Source: a virus
Lineage: Duplodnaviria; Caudoviricetes
Strand: one strand, 5' to 3'
Virus record (IMG/VR): IMGVR_UViG_3300031994_000044
Coordinates: 42,308 to 106,307 of that record
Length of the DNA stretch: 64,000 nucleotides
The notes under the pieces were generated by a model. That model saw only the letters and a program-made list of their open reading frames with translations, ran no database searches and was not told where the DNA came from. Below are positions 49,071-58,476 of this stretch, piece after piece; within the stretch, counting starts at the first letter, position 1; each line of letters begins with the position of its first letter. The translations under genes were made by a program, and so were the position numbers.

Positions 49071-52000
49071 TTAACCTTTATAATAATATAATTCATCTAT
49101 GTAAGCCCATCCGCCATCCCAATATTTGGCTAATTTTTGGGTATTTTCAAATGACTTTTCAAGAACGCCGCGTTTATGTCCTTCAGCTTCAATAGTCTTA
49201 TTATCTCCAATATACACGCCCACATGCACAATCGGGCCTTTTCCACCTTTCCCCTCTGTTTTAAACACAGCAATTCCAGGTACATTAGGCATTGTTAATG
49301 TATCAGTGCTTTTTACTGTAAAACGTTTAAAAGCCGCAGAAGAACTTTGAAATGGGAATACACTATTTTTTATTACTGCACTTGCTTCTGAATTATCACT
49401 ATAAAAATATCCTTTTATTAAACCGTAACAATCATGTACTTTTTCTCCATATTGTTGACTTGTATCTGAATAATATGATGATTCATATGTGCTTTTGTAT
49501 GTTTTCGCAAATTTATTCCTTAATTCTTCCGTAGCAATTTGCCCACATGCGGACCACCAATACGGTCTGCCAAGTTGTGCTTTGCAATAATTAACTAAAC
49601 CAATATTTGTTTTTTCTGTTCCAGTCAAAGAAATATCAGTAAATGTTTTTAATGGCGGTTCCCCATGATACTCGGCATTTGAAAATGTTGAAAGGTCTAA
49701 TAGGCTATTGTTACTTCCATTAACACCATCGTTAACGCTATCTTTATCGCTTACAAAAGTAACAATATCACTATCGCTAAACGGAATCATATGTTTATTT
49801 TGTTTAACACCCACAATTGTTGTTTTTGCGTCGCCAGGTGTTATTACATGCGTTACTTTCTTTATAATATATGCACCTTTCCATAATGGTATGTTGTTCA
49901 ATTGGAAATACATTGGTGGGAATATTTGCATGTCACCCATCATCTCAACCGTACATTCATATGAGTTATTTGCATACACTTTGTAAATATCTTGTCCATA
50001 AAGTGTTGTCTGTCTTACTGTTTCATCACCTTTTGCTGCAATTTGGAATGTAGCATTTAAACCGGCTTCGGTTACACCATATTGTCCCGTTGATAGTTTT
50101 ATATCTTTAAAGTATGATTGGTTTCCCTTTCCGAAAGTTACCCCAAAAGCTGGAACACCATAACCATTATCTTGATTATCGAATAATGCCCCAACAATTT
50201 CATCATCATTAAAATTAAATCCATCGCCTTCAGGTGACCATCCATTCATATCTAAGTTTGAAGTCGTATTATCACCAAGATGTTCCGCTGGTTTATAATT
50301 ATATAAAAACATATATGTATATGTATTATCATCCCAATGCTGACAAGACGGAAATGGGGTGAAAACGTCTTTTATATCTTCAACTTTGTTATACATAAAC
50401 CTTTGTGGTATAGCCAATATCACCCCACCACAATCCTGTGCAACTTCAGTTAAAAACTGATATAAGGATTTTGAGTTGTAGTTCATAGTAGTTTCATTAT
50501 CACCTACTGTTGCTGATGGCAATTGAGATAATATCCATTCTGACAGTTTTGTCAAGTTAACCTTTAAGTTATAGCCAATATCACGGTAATAACTGTCCAT
50601 GTAAATAAAGTTGTCTAATTCATAAAGACCTGAATCACCTTCATATATGTTTTTACTTGAAGTTCTGTCTTCATATTTAAAATTATCAACCGAGGTATTA
50701 TGATGGCTGACCTTCCATGTATTTTCACCTTTTGTTGCCCCACAAATCCACTTATTATATAACGATTTAAGCGTCATATATAAACTAAGCCGCATATCAT
50801 CGTTTTTAAACGGGTCTTCTTCAACCTTTCTTAATGAAGAATCAAGAAGTTTTTCTAAATCATTTTTATCCATATCAGCCAATTTACCATAAATTTTGTT
50901 TAACTGTTCCATAAAACGTTTGAAACCTTCTCTAAAATCATTGGTTTCAACATCCATACCCTTTCCATAGAATCCCCCATAATAATCAAAAATAGTACAA
51001 ACACCTAAAAGAGTTCTTTTAAGAAAACCTTGTAGTTTTACCATTGCAACACTATTATCATGCTCACTTGATGCCACACTTGTGTTGATTAATGCGGTGT
51101 TAAGACTATTGCCAAATACAATACATTCTTGAGTTTTTCCACTACATATATTGGTTTCTTTTGACCTTAGTTTTAAATTTTCTAATGCATCAATATTTTG
51201 TTCAAATTCTTCTTTAACCCATTTTTTAAAATATTTCATTAAATAATATTTTCTTGATTTAGATATGTTTTCTGAACCATTTATAAAATTATTTGGAATT
51301 TCTTTATATTTATTTAATCCTGTGTCATTATCACTTTTTATTGGATAATAATCAATAATAGCAAACGTCTGAAACTTTTCTGGCATTTTAAATGCCGCAT
51401 GATGTGCATTTTTTTTAATTTCATTTCCTTCTTTATCAATACCACAAACATATTCGTTAATTGTTCCAGCTGAAATAATCTTATTAATACCTTCTTCACT
51501 CCACCAGTAATATGCACCTTCCTTTAATAAAGATACTTTTTGAACAACAGTATTGATTTTGTCAGTTAAACCATTTTCTTTAGTTATTAATGGTAATTTT
51601 AATAAAAATAAATATGCTTTTACTTCAGTATCTGTTTGTAAACGATATAAATCATCATCAAAAATACTATTTTTACAATAATCTGAATTTATAAATTTAG
51701 ATTCAAAGTTAATAATTAATGTATCATTAGAAGCCCAATCACCATTTTTAATTAAATCAATAATTTCTGATTCGTTTAATGTTTCTCCTTTGTTTTCAAC
51801 CAATTTACTATAATGAACTCTTGAACGATTAAGTACTAAATTACAATCACCATCTACATCATCACTTATATTCTTAAAAACTTTTGATGCTCTTTTAACA
51901 TCAAAGTCATCTAAGTCAAGTATGTTGCCAGTGTCTTCTTGTTTTTCACGTTTTATTTCCTGTTCAAGATTTTGATATAGATTATTAATATAACTTCGTG

Positions 52001-54638
52001 TTTCCCATAATAAAAAGGTGCCGCCAGGAAGTGTTTTACCTATTTCAATATCACCATCTTTTCCGTAATATTTATCGTGTGACCTTGATGATATATATCT
52101 ACCTGTTTCTCTGAAGTTTAATTCTGTGAAATCATGTTTTAATTCATTTGTACTTTTAATATAAAGTGGGTAGTATTTAAAATCATTTTCATCTATTTGA
52201 GAATAAGCATAATCAAGATAAGCGTCAGTGTTACCTAGTGTAACGAAAAGATTCATATAGTTAAAACCCGAAAATTGCCATGATTTTCTTAATTCACTTT
52301 TAGTAATAGAAGTTATTTCATTAACAAAATCTTCTGATTTAACATTTGCATTATCAGCAAATTTATAAATAAAATCTTTAAAACTTTCTGAATTTGTAAC
52401 ACCAAGTGCTTTATAAAAATTAATAGCATCGACACGTCCAAAATCTATTGCTTCATCTTTATCACTATCTGATTGTACGGAATTTAAATAGTAGAACAAT
52501 CTTAATGCAAATATTGCATACATATCGCCTGCTACTTCTTCTATAGGAACATTGTTCTTAATCTTCTCTGCGACACTTTTATATGGGTTAATAATACGGT
52601 CGTTATTCGCTATATCATAAATTGTCACAGGTATGAAATTTGTTAAATCAGTTGAAGGACTATTACCTTCGATTGTACTTCCACTAGTTCTATATTCTTC
52701 TATTTTACGGTTAACCTCTTTAGACTCATCGAAATATAATTTAGAGCCTGACAATAAATCATAAACAAATTTAATTTCTTCAAGATTATTTTGAGGGTCA
52801 CCCTTTGTTAAATACCCTTCTTCTCCAGGCCATACTTCGGTTTTTTTTGTTGTATTGCCACTTTCATCTTCTTTTAAATCTTTATAAAAAGTAGCAAAAG
52901 GAGGTAAATAATTTCCTCTTAAAAATTGATTACTTTCCCCTTCTTTAGCATTTTCTGTGTCAGTATAACCATTTTCAATGCCATATGTCTTTTTTTCTCT
53001 TTTAACTCTGTCTTTATCTAATTGATTATGTATTGTTTTAAGATGTGTGTAATATACATGGATAAATGTATCAAGATGGGCAAAAGCCAAATTAAATATA
53101 TTTCGTATTGATGGCCTAAAACCAAGTGCTTGTTCTATTAATGATTCTTTTTCTTCTTTATATTTTTCATTTACTGTTTCTTTTTTGTTTTTTAATGTGT
53201 CAATTCTATCTTGAATGATTTTAATCGCGTCACTATATTTTTTTCCACCTTGTCTATCACAAACATAAAGTTTAAAATCTGTTAAACCATGATTTTCAGT
53301 ATTTTTATTTTCAATACAATAAGTTATCTTTTTAACAAGTTCATCATTAATATTTAATGAATATGCATCAGAAAAAAAGCCACCATATTTTTGTACTTGT
53401 TTTTGATAGTATTTTCCACCATTAAAGATAAATTCTTTAAGACCTCCTTTCTCTTCCCTATCTTTACTAAATTCGAAATAGTTATTTGTGTCTTTTAGCC
53501 ATTCGTCTACTCCGGCAAAATAGGTTTTTAATGTTTCACCACCACCTGAAAAATTTTCATCATAAGCATTTAGTGCATCACAGAACATTTGTATGTTTTT
53601 AGATAAGTCTTCGTCTTTGTCCCCAAGTTTATCATTTCCTGCTATATATATGTATGAATATTTTTCGTCTTCAAAAAACAACGAATAACTCATACCGCTA
53701 TTTCCAAATGAAAGATTATAAGCAGTAAGAATGTGTGTTAGTGCTTCAACATCTTCGTCAATCTTTTGCATTGTTTGATGTGACTCTGCTTCTGCATTAG
53801 CAAGACTTTGGTCGCATTCTACTTCAATAATTTTTCTCGCTAATTGTGGAAATTTAAGCATATCATCTTGTTTAACCTCATGTCCATCACTATCATATCT
53901 ATAAAAGCAAAAATCTCCTGAGGCAACTTTTTCCTGCCAATATCTATCACCTTCTTCGGTATATGGCGCAATTGCAAGACATGACATTGGTACATCGGCA
54001 AAAAGTCCATATATATGGCCGATAAAATTAACAGTTAAATTAAAATTACCTGTATTTGAATCAAAATCAATATCAGTTTTACTCACAGCCAATCTATAAG
54101 TCACACCTTTCCCATAAAAGCCTTTAACTTTTAAAATAAATAAAGGATATGGAAATGTGAATAAAGACTTATAAAGACGATAAGTATCACCTTGATGTCC
54201 TTCATTATAATAGGTTTGGTCTGACGGCTGCATAACAGTTGCACCCCTGACATCGACAAATTTTATAACAACAGTTGGATGAAGCCATGAATCATAAGAA
54301 ATGTTTATTGATTCAATACCAAGACATTCTTGTGTATTCTGTTCTGGATTCACGTTTTGTATATCAGTAAAATTAGTTGTTAGATAACCATTAGTACCAC
54401 CTAAAAATGACAATGTACCTTGTGTTGTTGAAAACTCATAACTTTTGCCTTCATTGGTTTCGTTGGCTAAACCGCAAGAATACCTGTCGTTTATAAAAAC
54501 CTGTAAATCAACAGCAATGTTATAATCTTCATATGGGAAAACAATAGCAGTTGAACTGGCTTCATTATTATTAGTTATTGTAGCTGGTTCAAAATAGCGA
54601 AGTCTTCCTTTGTTGTTATCTTTATTTTCTTCAGCCAT
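49071..54638 (-). CDS. Baseplate hub / tail-associated lysin with C-terminal NlpC/P60 domain
   Basis: Hub-like 'Y.C.VEMMG..QI.P.MYFQL.NIPLW.GAY.I.KVTH.I.PG...T' and C-terminal 'LGRPY...DCYGLI...HVGVYIG...IEA'. Confidence 0.8.
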   Translation of the reverse strand: MAEENKDNNKGRLRYFEPATITNNNEASSTAIVFPYEDYNIAVDLQVFINDRYSCGLANETNEGKSYEFSTTQGTLSFLGGTNGYLTTNFTDIQNVNPEQNTQECLGIESINISYDSWLHPTVVIKFVDVRGATVMQPSDQTYYNEGHQGDTYRLYKSLFTFPYPLFILKVKGFYGKGVTYRLAVSKTDIDFDSNTGNFNLTVNFIGHIYGLFADVPMSCLAIAPYTEEGDRYWQEKVASGDFCFYRYDSDGHEVKQDDMLKFPQLARKIIEVECDQSLANAEAESHQTMQKIDEDVEALTHILTAYNLSFGNSGMSYSLFFEDEKYSYIYIAGNDKLGDKDEDLSKNIQMFCDALNAYDENFSGGGETLKTYFAGVDEWLKDTNNYFEFSKDREEKGGLKEFIFNGGKYYQKQVQKYGGFFSDAYSLNINDELVKKITYCIENKNTENHGLTDFKLYVCDRQGGKKYSDAIKIIQDRIDTLKNKKETVNEKYKEEKESLIEQALGFRPSIRNIFNLAFAHLDTFIHVYYTHLKTIHNQLDKDRVKREKKTYGIENGYTDTENAKEGESNQFLRGNYLPPFATFYKDLKEDESGNTTKKTEVWPGEEGYLTKGDPQNNLEEIKFVYDLLSGSKLYFDESKEVNRKIEEYRTSGSTIEGNSPSTDLTNFIPVTIYDIANNDRIINPYKSVAEKIKNNVPIEEVAGDMYAIFALRLFYYLNSVQSDSDKDEAIDFGRVDAINFYKALGVTNSESFKDFIYKFADNANVKSEDFVNEITSITKSELRKSWQFSGFNYMNLFVTLGNTDAYLDYAYSQIDENDFKYYPLYIKSTNELKHDFTELNFRETGRYISSRSHDKYYGKDGDIEIGKTLPGGTFLLWETRSYINNLYQNLEQEIKREKQEDTGNILDLDDFDVKRASKVFKNISDDVDGDCNLVLNRSRVHYSKLVENKGETLNESEIIDLIKNGDWASNDTLIINFESKFINSDYCKNSIFDDDLYRLQTDTEVKAYLFLLKLPLITKENGLTDKINTVVQKVSLLKEGAYYWWSEEGINKIISAGTINEYVCGIDKEGNEIKKNAHHAAFKMPEKFQTFAIIDYYPIKSDNDTGLNKYKEIPNNFINGSENISKSRKYYLMKYFKKWVKEEFEQNIDALENLKLRSKETNICSGKTQECIVFGNSLNTALINTSVASSEHDNSVAMVKLQGFLKRTLLGVCTIFDYYGGFYGKGMDVETNDFREGFKRFMEQLNKIYGKLADMDKNDLEKLLDSSLRKVEEDPFKNDDMRLSLYMTLKSLYNKWICGATKGENTWKVSHHNTSVDNFKYEDRTSSKNIYEGDSGLYELDNFIYMDSYYRDIGYNLKVNLTKLSEWILSQLPSATVGDNETTMNYNSKSLYQFLTEVAQDCGGVILAIPQRFMYNKVEDIKDVFTPFPSCQHWDDNTYTYMFLYNYKPAEHLGDNTTSNLDMNGWSPEGDGFNFNDDEIVGALFDNQDNGYGVPAFGVTFGKGNQSYFKDIKLSTGQYGVTEAGLNATFQIAAKGDETVRQTTLYGQDIYKVYANNSYECTVEMMGDMQIFPPMYFQLNNIPLWKGAYIIKKVTHVITPGDAKTTIVGVKQNKHMIPFSDSDIVTFVSDKDSVNDGVNGSNNSLLDLSTFSNAEYHGEPPLKTFTDISLTGTEKTNIGLVNYCKAQLGRPYWWSACGQIATEELRNKFAKTYKSTYESSYYSDTSQQYGEKVHDCYGLIKGYFYSDNSEASAVIKNSVFPFQSSSAAFKRFTVKSTDTLTMPNVPGIAVFKTEGKGGKGPIVHVGVYIGDNKTIEAEGHKRGVLEKSFENTQKLAKYWDGGWAYIDELYYYKG

Positions 54639-54641
54639 GGT

Positions 54642-54965
54642 TTAACCGTAATATTTTTTTTGCTTATTGATTGATTTTTGGTAATCTGACAACGAAACAT
54701 TTAAAGGATAGGGTATTCTAAGTTCAACACCATCAGGTATTCTGAATTCCAATGCGCCATATTGAGGATTTGCCTGCATAATAAGCCATGCATAACTTGA
54801 ACTCCCGTAATATTCATATGACACGATGTCCAATCTTGTCTTACCCTTTTCATATATAATAAATTTATCCGAATCCTTTTCAGGAATTTCTCCATAAGAA
54901 ACAATATCTATTTGATTCCCGTTTCTGAATTGTGAATATCTGTCAAATGTTTCTGTTGTTTTCAT
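54642..54965 (-). CDS. Baseplate wedge gp53 / tail protein X-like (LysM-like)
   Basis: 'RLDIVSYEYYG....WLIMQANP...I.DG..LRIP'. Confidence 0.8.
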   Translation of the reverse strand: MKTTETFDRYSQFRNGNQIDIVSYGEIPEKDSDKFIIYEKGKTRLDIVSYEYYGSSSYAWLIMQANPQYGALEFRIPDGVELRIPYPLNVSLSDYQKSINKQKKYYG

Positions 54966-54989
54966 TTTTTAAAATTTATAAAATTTAAT

Positions 54990-57900
54990 TTATTTTTCTG
55001 CATTATCAACATTTTTATTGGTTTGTCCTTTGATTTTATAACTATTACCTCTTTCTGCCCTTTTATCGTATATCGAAGCATTTGCATAATAATTATAAGA
55101 CACAGCATTTTGCAATTTTTCAACAGGTCCTTGAATATCTTGGCCACCGATAAATTTGAAATTAATATTAACATTTGCAAACATAGGTTGTACACCAACA
55201 CCTTCAGGATTTAAATCCCACTGTACTCCACTTCCTGCATCATAGTCAATACTAATTGAATCAATGCATATTTTTGTGTTGAAAAAGTCGCCTATTCTTA
55301 AAATACAATATGGTGCCCTACCAAAAGATAAGTTACCGGCGTATTTTGTATAATTTGAACTATTTTCAGTAACTTGACCTGAAGATAAATCCTCTGTTGG
55401 GCCTTGTCTTGTACACTGTTGCAAGAATGTAAGCCTTGCATTAAAGCCCTCAGGTGTTATTGAATGATATGCAGGATTAAAATATCTTACCCTTTCAATA
55501 ATACGCTCATATGCCTCATCTTTCATATTGTTTCGTTCCGCAAAATATAAATATTCGTTATCATATGAATATTCATTTTCATCGACATATGTTGAAACAA
55601 CATCAAATACAGGCAATGTTATACCTGAAATTGTAACATTATCATAATTTTGATTGTTAATTGTTGTTGTACCACTTTCAGAAGGTGCATCATTTGTTGT
55701 TGCGTCTTCATCCCATGTGATGCGGAAAATAACATAGGCAGAACGCCCTATTTTTGCTTCAAGACTATTGATATCTCTTGACGGTGTACCCATTTTTTTA
55801 TCTGACAATGTTATAATTCTGTTTTTATCATCCTTAAAATCGGTGATTTGTATTGCATCACATTTTTTATCAACAGCATCTTTTATTAATGCTCTACGTC
55901 TTATACCTAAATTATTGTTGTTTTTTTGATTTGTTGCAGCAGTACCCCAGTTTGCGTGTTGGGAAGCGTTACCACCTGCTTCAATAAAATCTATTTTTAT
56001 ATTTTTATGTTTTTCACCAAAAATCATTCCATTTTCGGAATTAATATCTGTAATCACTTCATTGAGGTGGTCATAACCATTTGTACTGTCAAAGAAACTA
56101 TAAATTTCAAGGTCTTCATCATCTTTGCTAAATAAAGTCTGCTTGATTTGTTTTTTTACTTTTTCACTAGGTGCATAATTTAAATTATATAAAGACTTAT
56201 TAACATTATCATAGACTTGATTTTCAATGTCATCATCTTGCTCGTCCGGTGTCCAAATTGCTTCATTAGTCCCATTTTCATAACTTCTAAGTTTTTCAAT
56301 TACTGCTTCAGTGTCTTTTAAATCATCACCTGAGAAATTATTCGGGAAAAACAAAACAAGGGCTACTTTTTTTGAAGGGCCTTCATATTCGGGATTAATA
56401 TTACCGTCATCGGGTATTATTTCTTGTGGCTCGATAGTTTCTTCATTGCCACAAACACCTTCTAATGGCGCACAACCTGCAAAAAATCTAAGTATATCGT
56501 CTTCCAATTCATCTTTGTCTTGTAAAGTTGAAGTGTTGGCTGTTCCTCTCCATTTGTTTACTATTGATGGATGGTCTATTAAAAGTGTAAAGCTAAGTGT
56601 TCCACTTCTATCTGTATTTGTATATGTATAAATTTGCTCTCCACGTCCAATGAATCTATTTGCATTCCAATCAACATTGATATTTTCAGAGAATTTCAAA
56701 TTATAAGGTGGAAACCACATAATTCTGCCATTTTCAGGACCTTTTTGTTCTGCTGATAATTTCCATTTATATCCTCTCCATGCTAAATTTTCAATTGAAA
56801 ACATACATCTTTTTATATTGTCTTCAATACTATCTTTACTGTCATGGGTTGGAGTTATTCTAACAAAACCATTATCTTTAAGAACTGTTTGTTGTGATAA
56901 TACTTCACCGCCGTTATTTGGTCTTAAACTTGTGTTCTTATACATACTTTGAACACTTTTGTTAGTGTTGTTTCCCTCTTTAAATGGACGTATTAAAGTG
57001 TTAAGTTTTCCATATTGATGGTGTGCAGTCCATACACGGCAATAAGGGTTTCCATAACCTGAACTGAATTCTTCTTGTCTTCCCTTGACTAAAAGATTTC
57101 TACCTCTTGATAAGCCATACTCTGATTTTGAAGTAATCAACTCGTTATCAGCATCATATTGGTCAGTTGTATGAAAACGGTTGATTAATGAGTGTATTTC
57201 CAAATTATTGAATAATTGGTTTGTTCTTTGTACCATCTTTGAGAAATTGCTTGGGGTCTCGGAAAGAGGTATAAATTGCATTTTTTCACTTGGGACATCT
57301 TTATTCGGTCCATCATGCTCACGATAAGAAATATCTTGCCCATCTTCACCAGTTTTATATGTATGCATTATTGACTTATCCCTACCTTTTGTGATTTCAG
57401 TGAATTTAGATAAAAATTCACTTTCATCTACACTGAAGAAAGACATTTCTAGACTAACGGTTTCTTCATTTTCAGGGCCAATTGCATATTGTTTTCTGAA
57501 TGTATAACCAAAATCAGAAACAGTATTTTCAGAACGATATTCATCCGAATTTTCTTTTAAACCAAATTTACCATAATTTGATGCAAGACTTAATGGTGTT
57601 GTTAAATCAGTAAGGTCACCATAATTTGCTGTCATCAATGTTTCTTCTACTGAAACATTTTTTGCAAATTCTTTAAAATAATCAAAATTATACCTTAATT
57701 CATTTACATCATATCTATATCTTTCAAGATTACCAATTTCAAGTATGTCTTTTAACGTTTGGGTATAGTTTCTGTCTCTATGGTCTGTTATAACATCGGC
57801 TTCGCTTTGTGTATCCATTTGATTTGAAGAAATCAAGCCTTTGTATTCATATTCCATGTCTGAACTTAAGCCGTCATTCCCTGTTAATTCATTAACTTTT

Positions 57901-58445
57901 CTTGTATAAAATTCTAATTCATTAGCATAGCCAGCATTACTTTCCCTAATAAAACCATGATAACTGTGCAATACATGGCCATTTAATGAATATTCATCAC
58001 CGACCATCATTGTTTGAGGGACTTTGAATGAATTGTAATCACCGAAAATGTATGAACTATAATCCATGGGGACTATATTGTAATAGAAGTCATTAATATT
58101 GTCCCTTATATTAGTCGCTCTTATGGCAGATTCAAAATTTGTAAAACCTTCTTCGGTAATGAATTTTAAATTTGAATTTTCAACAGTGTCGTTTATATGA
58201 TACAATCTTCCAATAAAATCAGAATATATCACTGGTTTTTCCAATGTACCATCTTCGGAATAGACATATGCATTTGTTGTTTTAATTCTATTCTGATTGG
58301 TCCTTAATGTATCACCATTTTCGAAATTGTTGGCCAAATTAGAACTTCTTAAATCAAAACCGTCTATATCAAAGTGTGTTACTGTATATCTACTGACACC
58401 CTTTTTAATATCCAATCCTTGCGCTGCTTGTATTAAACTACCCAT
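54990..58445 (-). CDS. Tail/baseplate protein (tube-initiator-like domain with insert)
   Basis: 'FPPYNL.FSE.....W....FIGR.E.IYTY....RSG.LSF.L' and 'P.C.LRIGDFF.TK..I.SISI.Y...W', placed between the tape measure and the gp53-like gene. Confidence 0.65.
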   Translation of the reverse strand: MGSLIQAAQGLDIKKGVSRYTVTHFDIDGFDLRSSNLANNFENGDTLRTNQNRIKTTNAYVYSEDGTLEKPVIYSDFIGRLYHINDTVENSNLKFITEEGFTNFESAIRATNIRDNINDFYYNIVPMDYSSYIFGDYNSFKVPQTMMVGDEYSLNGHVLHSYHGFIRESNAGYANELEFYTRKVNELTGNDGLSSDMEYEYKGLISSNQMDTQSEADVITDHRDRNYTQTLKDILEIGNLERYRYDVNELRYNFDYFKEFAKNVSVEETLMTANYGDLTDLTTPLSLASNYGKFGLKENSDEYRSENTVSDFGYTFRKQYAIGPENEETVSLEMSFFSVDESEFLSKFTEITKGRDKSIMHTYKTGEDGQDISYREHDGPNKDVPSEKMQFIPLSETPSNFSKMVQRTNQLFNNLEIHSLINRFHTTDQYDADNELITSKSEYGLSRGRNLLVKGRQEEFSSGYGNPYCRVWTAHHQYGKLNTLIRPFKEGNNTNKSVQSMYKNTSLRPNNGGEVLSQQTVLKDNGFVRITPTHDSKDSIEDNIKRCMFSIENLAWRGYKWKLSAEQKGPENGRIMWFPPYNLKFSENINVDWNANRFIGRGEQIYTYTNTDRSGTLSFTLLIDHPSIVNKWRGTANTSTLQDKDELEDDILRFFAGCAPLEGVCGNEETIEPQEIIPDDGNINPEYEGPSKKVALVLFFPNNFSGDDLKDTEAVIEKLRSYENGTNEAIWTPDEQDDDIENQVYDNVNKSLYNLNYAPSEKVKKQIKQTLFSKDDEDLEIYSFFDSTNGYDHLNEVITDINSENGMIFGEKHKNIKIDFIEAGGNASQHANWGTAATNQKNNNNLGIRRRALIKDAVDKKCDAIQITDFKDDKNRIITLSDKKMGTPSRDINSLEAKIGRSAYVIFRITWDEDATTNDAPSESGTTTINNQNYDNVTISGITLPVFDVVSTYVDENEYSYDNEYLYFAERNNMKDEAYERIIERVRYFNPAYHSITPEGFNARLTFLQQCTRQGPTEDLSSGQVTENSSNYTKYAGNLSFGRAPYCILRIGDFFNTKICIDSISIDYDAGSGVQWDLNPEGVGVQPMFANVNINFKFIGGQDIQGPVEKLQNAVSYNYYANASIYDKRAERGNSYKIKGQTNKNVDNAEK

Positions 58446-58476
58446 TTTATTTTATGTATTCTAATTTTATTCTTTT

